Source of the DNA: Moniliella sp. 'wahieum'
Lineage: Eukaryota
Length of the DNA: 64,000 bases
Direction of reading: 5' to 3'
Assembly (NCBI GenBank): GCA_003971905.1
Contig: RSEE01000053.1
Span: forward strand, 310,001 to 374,000
The notes under the pieces were generated by a model. It was not told the DNA's origin. It saw only the letters and a list, made by a program, of their open reading frames with translations, and did no database searches. Shown here one piece after another: positions 25,671 to 37,315 of the stretch. Made by a program: the position numbers and the translations under genes. Position 1 is the stretch's first letter. Every line of letters starts with the position of its first letter.

Positions 25671-28368
25671 ATGCCCCCCCCACCCCAGTGCATGCCAGAT
25701 CCCGCACGGACACGAAGCGAACTGGTGCCCACATCAGCGTCGTGTGACCCCGCTGAACCCGAGATCCGTGAGCGAGGACAGATTTGGGTCAACTTGAAGG
25801 AGCGGCTCGATGGAGTTCATCTCTCTCCCGCGTCGCAACGGGCCACAGAGCTGGTCTTGCTCATAATTTGACCACGCACGTTACTCCCCACCGCACTGCA
25901 CCTTCGCCGCCTCTAGCATCTAGTTGCGGTGGCTGTACCCCCCACGTCTATAGAGAACAGGTCGGCCATACGAGAGAGGAATGGGGGGAACCAGGCAGGG
26001 CACCTAGAACTAAGGCAGGTTCTGATGTCCGAGGCTGTATTTGGTTCACCAGTGATGCGAATGTTATCATGTCGATGATCTGTCTGGTCAACAGCACTAT
26101 GGTATGGTACGGTGCACCACTCACGCACGCGCAGGGGAACGCGTTTATGAAATGTCACCAAGTTGTCGGGATGCTCCTCCCCAGTCGCCACCATCAGCAG
26201 CGCCAGTTGCCGCGCGAGAGCCCCAGGGTGGTCCCCGTGGAAGGCAATGTCAGTACCGCACATGTCCCCGCTTATCATATCTCCGCCACTGGCTATGGGT
26301 CGAATGGACCCTGCCCCATGTCTACGCTCCCACCCGGCGTCAGCGCCAACCGCGCCATCCGTCAAGCCTCCGCCTCCTGTACTACTAGTTGGTAGAGGGG
26401 GGGCCGCTGTTGTCACCGGTAAGGTCATCTAAGGTCATCGGTCCCCGGCTGCGTCACCGGTTCGCCCCAATGCTCCACACCAAGCTCTGTCCGTACCTGG
26501 TCCAGGGGCTCAAGTGAGCAGCCGCGCCTGCCCCGGCGGCTGTTCGATGGCCATTATCACCACCTGGCGTATCTATACCCCACTCCGCTTGCGCATACGC
26601 CCCACCACGGTCCCTCCGCTCCATCACTCCTGCCCGCATCTGGTGTTCGGCACCACCGTGTCGCGATCGCCCGACGAAGATGCCGACAGCACAGGACTTT
26701 GCTCTGAACACTGTGCCCATTGGTCCCAACGAAAGCGTGCCTGAAGGGTACAATGGTACGTGTTCTCTTTCAGCCTTGGCCCGAGGCCGCTTCGAGACTG
26801 ACATGCCACGCCCCGCTCGCTTGCAGGAAATTTAACTCCATTTCACAAAGAGAAGCTCAAGCAAATGTGGGTTAGGACGCTTGAGACGTGCGACTACCAC
26901 CAGGAAGTCTCCGACCGCGTTCGCATGGTCGGTGGCCCCTCCTTTGTACCCAAGCCTCCGCTTCAGTTTACCAATCACAAGAGCTTGACAAAGGCCAACC
27001 AGCTTGTGTTCAGCGATGATGACGCCATATCAGAGACCTTCAAGGAGCGCTATGCCCTGCGCACGAATACACCAGTCTTATGGCGGCCCTTTGCTCCGTG
27101 AAGCTTTTTGGGAGGGTACCGGAGTGAGTATTTCCGCTCCTTTTTTGGCATTCCTACATTCAGTTTACTGATACCTTACTTAGGGTGAATTTGCAGATGA
27201 CTTTTCCTTCGCGTCCTTCGTGCGCGTGACTTTGACGTGGAGGCGGCGGTGTCGTTGGTCATGCAAATGCTCAGCACATGGTACGAACTTGATGTGCCCA
27301 ACATCGTTAAGGAGGGTGAGGGTCAGTTCGTTAATATTTTTCACAGAGGCCCGGCTTACATCCAAGGCTATACAAAGGTCCGTGGAGTAACCATGCCCTT
27401 GTTTATATTCAATCCGGTGCGCCTCATGGGCGGAACCCAGTCAACCGAGGCGCTGCAGAAGGTCCTCGTTTTGACCACGCAAGCCTCCAGCGAATGATGG
27501 CCAGTCGGTTTGGCAAGGCCGTTTTCTTGGTTGATTTGGCCAACGTGGCAGGCCAGCCGCTGGACTGGCAAGCCATTTTGTTCTCCATCAAGTACTTGGA
27601 GCTCATCATGGTCGAACGCATGGAAGTCGTCTTCCTCCACCGTGCCTCTTGGGCTTTTAGAGGGGTCTGGCAGACGATCCTACCCCTGATTGACGTCAAA
27701 GTGCGACACAAGATCCGCTTCACCCATACGCCCAAAGACCTGGAGAATATGCGCCCCTTAACATTCTCCCCACTCACCTTGGCGGCGAAGCACAGTGGCA
27801 GTGGCGCTACATTGACCCCAAGCCGGACGAAGATCGGGTACAGAAGGGAATTGATTGTGGGGAGATGATCGAGCTCGAGCTACAAGAGCTCATGCGCGCA
27901 TTGGACCAGCTTTCGCTCCAGTGGGCTGAGACGGAGGGGGGCAGTCCAGCAGAGGAGGAGATCGACTTCCGTCGCATGGTGCTGCAGATCCAAATCCGAC
28001 TTAAACAGTTACAGCTTCGGCCATACGTCTACGCAACCCATAACTACAACCGTACCGGTGTGCTGCATGAGGACGCTTCCATCACTTGGATGACCTATAC
28101 CTCGGATCCGAACCATCCTGAGATGGAAACGATGCAAGTGCAATACAGTATTCCTGGTCTCATCAGCTGGCTTAAGCACCACGGACAAGACACTATGGCG
28201 CAGTCCTTTGGTGGTCGTTTTGGGGCATGTGGGACGGAGCGGACTCCCGATTTGATCCCGCTTTACGTGGCCGAGCCATACAGTCCTGAGGCCTTCACTT
28301 TCCCTCCCAAGGACATCGTAGCAAGCCTGTCGGCCGACTTACCCCGCACTCCCGTTCGCCTCTCTTGA
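25671..28368 (+). CDS. CRAL-TRIO (Sec14/Csr1-like) lipid-binding protein; start uncertain
   Basis: GNLT...L..W; DDF.LR.LRAR.FDVEAA; AYIQG; AVFLVDL..DWQAILFSIKYLE; RAS.AFRGVWQTILPLID.KVRHKIRFT. Introns near 26757 and 27124. Confidence 0.78.
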
Positions 28369-28447
28369 CGGATGATTTCGAGAGGGAGATGGGGACTGGC
28401 AAGATTATACCACGGCCTAACTCAAAAGTATCACTCGTTCCAAAACA

Positions 28448-30714
28448 TTGCCCTTAATGCCCAACAACCTAGATGCCTCTTCGGTTCAAGCCTCCTCCTC
28501 TGCGCAAGAAAGGTCTCACGAAGATGGTGTGTCCTCTTCCACCGGGGAAAGAGACAAGTCAGTCCCTTTCGTCCCAGGTCACAGCTCCCCTGTGCACAGT
28601 TTAGGACAAAATGCTAGCCAGTCATCTTCGCTTGATGCGGTAGAGGACCCAAACAGCAAGGTTGTGCAAGCAGGCGAAGAGGAGGCAATTGACTGGATTC
28701 CTTCTACCGGCGTCACTCCCGACTACATTCCTTCTCATCCTCTAACCCGGGCAGATGTGGCTCTGACAGATGCTCAGCTTGCTCGTGACAGAAGAACGAT
28801 GCGCGTCGCAAGAGATATGCTGCTCGACGGTCGGTCTGGTGAATTAGGGGATATGATCTCCAAGGATGCGGGCACTCATCTCTACCCAGCAGCCGGCATG
28901 GCGTTGGTCAACTCCCTCAAGGCTTTGCTTACGTTCAATTCATCGGACATTGTAGCGGCGATGCAATGCTGCTCTCACGGATTGAATGTTGCGGAGCTGC
29001 TCCGTAAGCGACGATCCAAGATAGGTCGTATCCTCTCCTTTTCCGGCGCCAACGCTACTTATGCCACCATGTCCCCTGTTCAGCTTCACGCGGAGCTCTT
29101 GGCGACGGAACTGCGTGTTCTCCTTGCTCTTGTCACGTCCGTCCACACGCATAACAAGACGACGATGGCCCGAGTGGTACTGATGCTTAAGACGGCGCGC
29201 AAGATGATTTTGGGCCTGAGCGCATTTGTCCAGACTATGGACGAAGCGGCAGAGCGAGCTTCTATCCAAGGCGAAAAGCCGCTAAAAATACTTGATGCGG
29301 ACTTTCGCTCGGGCGTGCTGGTTACCCGGGGCGTACTCCTTTTTGTGATCAACACCATTCCCCACGGAGTGAGCTCGGTATTTGGTCTTCCCAAAAGGTC
29401 ACAGACACTCGTCGAGCACTCACGTACCTCCTGGCTTCTGGTGGCTGGACCAAGACCAGCGTGGCCCCCAGGGTCACTTCACTGGGGGAGGGTCTCCAGC
29501 GGCCGATGGGAGACATTTTTGTCTTATTGGTTGATCTCTTCGGATCCTCATTCATGCCTGTCCCAGACCTTGACTATGAATTGTGCGACTCGATCACCGC
29601 CTGGAATCTGAAGCGGTTCCCCAAGAGTCCCATTTTCCTTCACGCCCATGCACGATTGTTTATTAACCAAGCCCTACCTGAACAGGGATTCAGTTGCTGT
29701 TGGCCACCATTCGTTCTCCGAACGTGGTCAGTGAGTTTTATCATGTGTGTTATGGGATCTGTCTACTGCGTACATCATCATTGGCGATTGGCAGAGTGCG
29801 TATGAGTGCTTTGACATACTGAGCAAGCAAAGTAATTGGAGCAAGGCTGTGTTCCAGTGGCTCAAGGCTGTTGTTCTCTACGAATTGGACCCGAGTCAAG
29901 TGGAACGGGTAACAACCATCATGCGGACTGTCCCAGCCCTGGCACGGTCCGGGAGCGATACGGCAGTAGCCCTGGAGTTGGGTAGTCTTACGCGCTAAAC
30001 GATTTGCTGATCCCAAGCGCCGGACCACCCTGCTCATCGCTCAATTCATGGCTCTGCTTCACATTTTCGAGCAAACCCCAGTCTTCACCCTTGTCCAAGA
30101 TACCCTGCCCCGCATCGAAAGCAAGCTGGAGTTTCTCACCAATATCCCCTCTCCCGAGCAGTATGGAACAAGGGCCGACTACTTTTTGGGCCTGGCTCTG
30201 TGTCATACCATTCGTGGGGTGTGTACTCTTACCCAATCTATTTCCCAGTGACTAACGCACCCTGCAGATTGTTTTATGTCGCATTGCCTACCCCGCACCA
30301 GGAACGATCGTTCGCCTTCCTTCAGTGGGTGTGCGGTTGCCCAGCCGCAAGGAGATGGCATCAGATGCCTGCCACTCATTCGAGTCCGCTTTCAACATGG
30401 GACCAGCCCTGGCAGAGGGAGATTTGTCCGTCATTTAGTAAGTCCCACAATCCCGCCTTTGCCCCCTAGGCCACCAAACTGACTCTTTTCCTAGCTGTGC
30501 CCACTTGGAACATGCCCGTCTTCGGTTCCTCATGGGCGACCACAAGAGAGCAAAGAGCGAGTGCCACAAGATATTGTCAGGCAAGCCATTGGACACCGGC
30601 TCGTCTCGAGGCATTGCTCATAACCAGCCCCCCGCTGGTGCGCGCATGTACGTTGCCCGTGCCAACCATCTCCTCGAGGAGATCGGAAATGCTGATCGGC
30701 CCAACTCGGCGTAG
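28448..30714 (+). CDS. IML2/TTC39 (DUF3808) TPR-like protein
   Basis: KALLTF..SDI..A, HAELL..E, DADFRSGV...G, LKRFPKSPIFL, FDILSKQSNWSKA.F.WLKA. Frameshifted. Confidence 0.75.
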
Positions 30715-30974
30715 CGTCATCCTACCTCTCTCGCCAGTCTGTTGCTTCATATTCTCTTGTTCCCTTTCCTTGCTCTTTCTCCTTACTTCCCAAATTGGAC
30801 TTCGGTTGGGCATATATACCCTCTACCTACCTGTCACATGCTATGTTTGTTGATCTCCCTTGATTATTTGGTGTTGAGACGTTGAGGGTTGAAGTGTGCA
30901 TTTCCACCGATTGAGTACAGCAACGCACAAAATGTGATGGATGGGTATGAATGTACAGGTACAAACATCGTGGG

Positions 30975-31749
30975 TTAAGGCGACGGCTGGAAGGTGTGGT
31001 CCCGATAGCGGGTCAAAACAACAAAATGTGTCGAGTTGGCTGGGTCCAAACAAATGTCAGTCAGCCAGCTATTACCTGGGAAGAGAGGGGAACAACTCAC
31101 CCTCTTTATCCTGCACGCCTTGAGCAAAGACACAAGCGCCATAGAGTTGAGCGGCAAAGGGCGAGGCAATAGCTGCAATCCCTTCCTCCTCTCGCACATG
31201 GGAAGCTGCCAGCGCCGTGCTGGCCACAGGGACACGCGTAGCATGGGGCAGGTGAGCGGACAGGTAGGCCTGGCATTGGCCTAACGCTTGTTCATGACTC
31301 TCTACCGCCCTGACCCTTGCTAGAACGTCTCCTCCAAGGTCCCAATTCGGCTGGGAAACGAGAAGAGCATGCTGAATCGCGAGGTGGACGTGTCCCACGA
31401 TTCTACGTGCCTCCCCATCACACGGGGGGAGAACGCAATCTTGCCCCTCCCATGTCCAAGGTGTGGAAGAAGGCGTTTTGGGAGGGTGACAGGGAGGTAC
31501 AGTGGAGAGTTCAAGCGCTTGGATAGTCTCCTTCACTGGTCCGTAGATGGAGTTCTCGATTGGCACAACACAATACCTTTCCTCCTCGTGCGTGTGGGGT
31601 TCATCAAGGAAAGAGATGGCCTCACCAATGGTTCCCACGCGGCAAAAGTCCACGGCAGCGCCGGCTTGGAGGGGGGCAAAAGCCTCTGCAGCGGCTTGGT
31701 GGGAGTATGTGCCCTTCGGACCCAGATATGCCACGTGCAGCGTCCTCAT
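30975..31749 (-). CDS. PHA2: Prephenate dehydratase (catalytic domain)
   Basis: VAYLGPKGTYSHQAA, VVPIENSIYG.V, SHEQALGQC, STALAA, AAIAS..AA.LYG, QD..(intron)NSTHFVVL. Confidence 0.9.
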
Positions 31750-32278
31750 TGTCGTGGACCCCGAGCACAGCAGAAGGTGAAGGTGGGAATGAGGGAGATG
31801 GAGCAGGGCAGTGACGCGATGACGGAGAAGGCTGCTGCCGTTGAAATCGCACCCCGTTCTTCTCCATCAGCGGGGGAGCTTGAAGCTCTTCAATTTCCAC
31901 GCCAAGCTTGGGCCCATCGTCGATTGGTTGATTGATCATCATCATCTCCGTCGCTAGAAACATTTCAACTTGTCTTCATTCGGCCTGTCACCGGTCACCC
32001 ATCATGCATCCACAAAACGAGAGGGGTGCTTCGGATGATCGATGAAGTGCGGCACGCTGCATGTCGTGTATACCCCACTCCCACTATAATTACAGGTGTA
32101 GTTGTTAGGTGCATACCAAGTAAAGCAGGAGAAAATGGCCAGCCTTGTAAATGTAAAAGAGGTAGCTCGGAAGAAACCATCACAGGCAAACGAAGAGAGG
32201 AGGAGGGAGGCTGGTCAGACCGGCAGGCCAGGTGACTTCAAAGAAGTGGTAATGAGTCCATGGACATTTAACGCATCC

Positions 32279-32362
32279 GTTCTATTAGCTCAGTTGGCTA
32301 GAGCGTCCGACTGTTAATTCACGGCCATCGGGAGGTCGTTGGTTCGAGCCCAACATGGAACG
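32279..32362 (+). tRNA. tRNA-Asn(GTT) with ~10-nt canonical intron
   Basis: Acceptor GTTCTAT/ATGGAAC, D arm GCTC/GAGC, anticodon stem TCCGA/TCGGG, loop CT-GTT-A, T arm GTTGG-TTCGAGC-CCAAC, followed by TTTTT. Confidence 0.93.
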
Positions 32363-32375
32363 TCTTTTTGTTACA

Positions 32376-32771
32376 CTAGAAGACCACCGGGCCTACGGCC
32401 CGGTCAGCTGGGGCTTCGCCCCAGCTGTGCTGCGTCGCCACCTTAGCCACCGGTCCGCCTTCGCCACCGTAGCCACCGTTCCCCCCCATCGTCACCTTAG
32501 CCACCGGTCCACCGTCGCCATCGTAGCCTCCATTCCACGCTGGAGGAATTTTATCACCCATGTGCATGGCTGAGCACGCGGGGGTGGGGTGCGCATTCCG
32601 CCCGCGCAAACAAATAGGTAAGCATGACGTAAAGAAAAAAGGGGGTCTGCGATATAAAAAGGGAGACATGTGCATGGCTGAGCACGCGGGGGTGGGGTGC
32701 GCATTCCGCCCGCGCAAACAAATAGGTAAGCATGACGTAAAGAAAAAAGGGGGTCTGCGATATAAGGGAGA
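32376..32771 (-). mobile_element. Non-autonomous Helitron-like element (~396 bp) with duplicated 5' terminus
   Basis: Minus strand begins A|TCTCCCTTATATC and ends with two perfect hairpins then GGTCTTCTAG|T. No target-site duplication. The same termini recur at 39986-40814. Confidence 0.8.
32559..32771. repeat. Direct tandem duplication, 108 bp + 105 bp
   Basis: 32559-32666 and 32667-32771 are identical except for three A's in the terminal A-run. Confidence 0.97.
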
Positions 32772-32953
32772 TTTGCCAAAGGTGCTCATGACAGGTGGCA
32801 ACACTTTCAATTAAAAAACAAAAACAAAATAAAACAACCCCCCCCCCCCATGCCTATGGCCCGCGTCCTGCCGACCCGAGTATGATCGTGTTGGCGGGAG
32901 AACAACACTGGCTGCCCAACCACGTGTGCCCGAACCCGACCACCAGGCCTACC

Positions 32954-35268
32954 ATGAACCGGCGAGGCACACGTCGCGGCCATCTCAGCACCAAAGTGCC
33001 TGGCGCCCGGAATCGCCCTGCCCCACCCCTCGCCACGACGATGACGAAGCGGACATGGCCGAGGAGCGAAGAGCGGTGCTGGTGGGGTCCGCGTCGGAGC
33101 CCGAGTCGGAGCCCGAGCCGGTGGCGGCTCCCAAACCTGCTGGTCCCCTGGCTGGTCTCATGATTGCCTTCACTGGCATCCCAGCTGCGGATAAGGCGGA
33201 GCTGGTGGAGCATGCCGAAGCGTTGGGTGCAAAGACCCAGCCTGATCTCACCATTGTCGCTACCCATCTTGTATCTCTTCAGGTGGGCAGCGCCAAATAC
33301 CGCCAGGCCATCCTGCATGGCATGACAGTGGTGGATCCCAAGTGGATTAAAGCTGTAAGGCTCCGCTGGGTCGAAGGACAAGAGTGCGACGCGCTGCGCA
33401 TGGCGGATGAGTACCCTCTGCGCCCTCTGCAGGGCCTTCGGACTGCATTAGTCACACAGGGTACGTCCCCTCCCACTCTCCAGTGCACCTGACTGACCAG
33501 CATCAGCGTCGGAGGATAATACACGGGTGCAGGCCAAGGTGGACAAAGTCAAATCGTTGGGGGCAGACTGCGTGGTGCTCAGGGGTGCCTCCTTACCTCC
33601 CAAGACGAGCCACGTCCTCTTTCTCGAATCCGAGGCAGGATACATCAAGACCATCACGAGCCAGCTGCGCGAGAGCGAGTCACAAGGTAGATCACAAGGC
33701 TCGCGCCGCAGTTCGATGGAACTCAAATTTGTCGACGCGGTTTGGGTGGAGGACTGCGAGCGTGCCAAATTATGCATAGGGGAAGAACTCTATGACCCGC
33801 TTCATCCACCCTCCGTTCAAGAAAGGCGGAAACACATGCAGTCGTATGCTACGTCCAGGAAGAAAGCACAGGAAAAGCTGCGCCAGGAACGGGCCCCGCA
33901 TGGACTAGGCCCGGATGGCCTCTTTCTCAAGAACAAGGAAACTTCATCCAAGCGAAGATTGGTGGACAGCATTGTGCAGGAACCATCGGCACCAGCGCGC
34001 AAGACTTCCCTCGAATCATCCAAGTGGGACGACGGGTTGCCTAGCAAGGGCAAAGAGAGTGATTCTTGGGCAGAGTCCGCGACGACTGTGGACACCAGTC
34101 CAATGACTTCCGCGCCGGTCGTTGACGGGCGTTTCCTCGAAGGAGTCAGGATACGAGTGGACGCCAAACTGGACGAGAAGAAGGAGGTGTTAAGCAGCCT
34201 AACTCGGATGGGTGCCCATCTTGCTCCCCTTGGGAGAAGGCGGAGTATACTATTGTTCCACTTAGCTATTCCCTCGATGGGACAGATAAGGATGGAACTC
34301 TGGTTACGCATCTGTGGTTGGAGGAGAGCGCAGCAGTGGGCCGCAAGGTGGATGTCAAGGATCAATTTTTTTATTCACCTACGCGGATACCCTTCCCTGT
34401 CCCTGGGGCTGAAGGGTGGTGCTCCATTCCACTGGCTTTCCCCTTGGAGGCGCTGTGCGACACAATATTGACACGATGGCCAAACGAATGGGGGTCAAGA
34501 TGACGCCTGCGTTCAGTCGGCTCAACACCCATCTCCTTGTGGGCGATGAGAACCCATCTCAGCCCAAGAAGGAAATGGCACGGCGGGTCGAAGCTCACGT
34601 GGTGGGCCTCGAGTTCCTCCAACGAATGTATGAAGAAGGTGTGATCAACCCATTACCGTTACCTCGCTTAGCACCCAAACGAGCCTCACAATCCAGCGCC
34701 TCGCAATTGGGCCCTTCCCAAATGCCCACGCCCACGGCTCTGCCATCAACGTTCGTTCCAGCGCGCTTGGCTCCCCTTCCACATCGTCCTGTGTCCGCCC
34801 CTGGCCCGACAGGATCTCAGCTTCGCCATGCCCTGCTCTCGGACGGCAAAGGGCGCCGGCGCACGCGCCCACCGACCTGGAGGCAGTCCACCTCGCCGCG
34901 CCCCATGATGGAAACCAAGACACGTTCGCTGCCGCTGCCGCCGCCGCCGCCGCTGCCCAATCCCAATCGAGAGCCCTCCCCGGAAGAGCAGCCTGCACAG
35001 ACCCAGGCAATCATGTCGTACGATGATCCCAACGAACGCAAAGAACGCGCACGACTTGACGCGCTGATGAATGGGGATGCGCGTGCTACAACACGGGGGG
35101 CTCTGGTCCCGCCGCTCCCCTCCAGCCGACAGCAGCGTGCCGCCCTCGGCTGGGACACGCACCCGGCGACGGGCACGACAGCAAGATAATGGAGACGGGG
35201 AAGTGGTGGACATCACCGCCTCACTACCCAAGCGACCGCGCAGACGGGTAGCTACCCCAAGAGACTGA
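32954..35268 (+). CDS. Multi-BRCT protein, Dpb11/Cut5/TopBP1-like
   Basis: N-terminus MNRRG...STKVP; BRCT PLAGLMIAFTG...LGA...THLV...SAKY...W; further BRCT-like repeats (LHSTGF...MGV..THLLV). Intron at ~33461-33531; frameshifts. Confidence 0.75.
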
Positions 35269-35999
35269 TGCGCCTTTGAAGTTATCCCCACTATGAGCAT
35301 GCTACGCCAACGAGTCTATTGTACTAGCGATTAATCAAGTGAAGTGATCCATGGTTTCCATTATTCGGGTCTGCTTTCAATAACGTCCACTTTCCCTGCC
35401 CACGAAGAAACCTGTCAGGGAAAAGGCGCTGGCTTCACTCCCTAAGGGGGAGGGGGTTGTCGCCCACCTATCGCACTTCAGCGCCCAGACGTGTTCCTCA
35501 ACACGGTCCTGGCCGGGTAGATGTTGTTGAAGGGCTTGCGAGTCAATTTAAACTAGTGGAATGCATGCGCCTGACCTAGTGGAATGTATCTCCTTCCCCG
35601 ACGGGAGACATCGCCGGTGGTGCCAGATAGCTGTGAGTATGGCGTTTGGACCTATAGGGGTCGGAGGTGCGAGTACGCGTAAGAATTTGGCTTATGTGTC
35701 CTGTAACGCAGCAGGGAAAAAAGACGATGGAGGCAGCATCTCGTACTGCCGGATGTCACAATAGTGCTAAGGCCTTTTCTCGACTCGCCCTGGACCGAGC
35801 AGTGCGCTTCCTCCATGACGGACTGAGCGAGTGGGGCAGGAACTTGAGCCGGGTCTATCTTGGTGCATGAGATTGGTCCGCGACTACAAACCCACAGGAC
35901 TGTCTGTCATAGCCGCTCCTCCCCAATAAACCACCATGCGTGCCCGCCTCTCGCTCTCAAAGAAGATGATCAACACACGACACGTAGATTTTGCCAAGC

Positions 36000-36387
36000 T
36001 TAGGCGGTTGTGTTGCGCAGCACTATCAGAACCAAGGTCAGCGATTGTGTCAGGGGAAAGAACGAGCCAACATACCCAAGACGACCGAGTCGCCGCGGAG
36101 GAACATCTTGGAGATAAAGCGGTCCTTATTGATCGGCTTACGGTTCTTGCCCCTAGGGGTCTCGGTCCACATCTCCTTGACGTTTTCGAGAACCATGTTG
36201 GAGTGGCGGTCAAAGGCCTTGACGCGGGCGAGGAGCTTTTTGTTGTTGCGGAGCGAGATGAGGATTTGTTGTTGCGCACACTCTGCTGCAGGACCGAGAG
36301 GGGGCCCTGGCTGATCTCGTACGCCTCCAGCTCGCGCAGCTGCGCCTCGTCCAGTTCGGAGCGTGGGACGTGGAGGTATTGGGACAT
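36000..36387 (-). CDS. SMD2: Small nuclear ribonucleoprotein Sm D2
   Basis: [48 protein letters not shown]...[21 protein letters not shown]. One frameshift and one intron. Confidence 0.96.
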
Positions 36388-36732
36388 GGTGGCGGCGCAG
36401 AGGTGGGGGCGTGTTGTGTGGCCTCCATCGGTAGACGCCTAGACGCCCGCGACGGGCGGAAGAATTTGGGTTTGTTTTATTTTTGGCTTCATTTTGGCTG
36501 CGACGGGATGTGATGCGGGTGTGATGGCATGCTCGGCACTTACAATGCGTGGCTCGTGGCATGGCCCAGTCAGCAGCCTGCCCCAAGCAGTGGGCATTGG
36601 AGATGGGTTCACTTTCCGCCCCTCCACTCGTTCCGCTGCCCAGCCCAGGAGTTTTCTTCTTTTTGCGCCCGCCCCTGGCGGTTGTCGGCTGCCAGCCACC
36701 ACCACCTGCTGTGAGTAAGTGTCGTCCGAAGC

Positions 36733-36858
36733 GTTGGATGATGACCAAGCCCCACGGGGCTGTGTCCGTTTACTTAGGAAGAGCCGTCGAAGCGGCGGGA
36801 ACATCACGCAAGCACGGCTGGTGTGCATGCCACCCCTTCCTCGCTCCCGACTGAGCAC
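36733..36858 (+). ncRNA. Box C/D snoRNA, U49/SNORD49-like, in a putative intron of a non-coding host transcript
   Basis: C box ATGATGA at 36738-36744 and D box CTGA at 36851-36854. TAGGAAGAGCCG (36775-36786) is the exact complement of the conserved LSU rRNA sequence CGGCUCUUCCUA. A GTGAGT donor lies at 36711. Confidence 0.7.
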
Positions 36859-37315
36859 TGTGACACGACGCTCCGCCCGCCTAGCCGAGGCCCTGGATGC
36901 CCAGCCCCACGCTCATTCAACTCCCCTATGGGGCTCTTTCTTCTACGGAGGATGGGGTTTGGTAGTGGGAGAGGGTTGTGCTGTTGTGGGCCGGGAGCAA
37001 AGGGAGGAAGCGGGGCAGGCGTTGAGCGTCGAGTCTGGTTTGGTCTGGGGCTTGAGGAGGGGGTGCCCGTGTACGCTTGGCTGACTTGTGTGCCCGTCCG
37101 CGAGGGCGAGAACAGGTCACTACTGAATTGCCACTTTTGTTTTTGCTCAAGCAAGGTTGCTAACTTTTCATGTCATGTGCAACAGACTGCGTTGACTCCC
37201 GACAAATGCATCGTTTGTCTGACTCGAAGCATTTTACGTTCTCATGTACCCGACAGCCCTATATCATGCAGCCAACAAAGTCTCTAGTTGGGATGAAGTG
37301 AATGCCCCCATAGAT

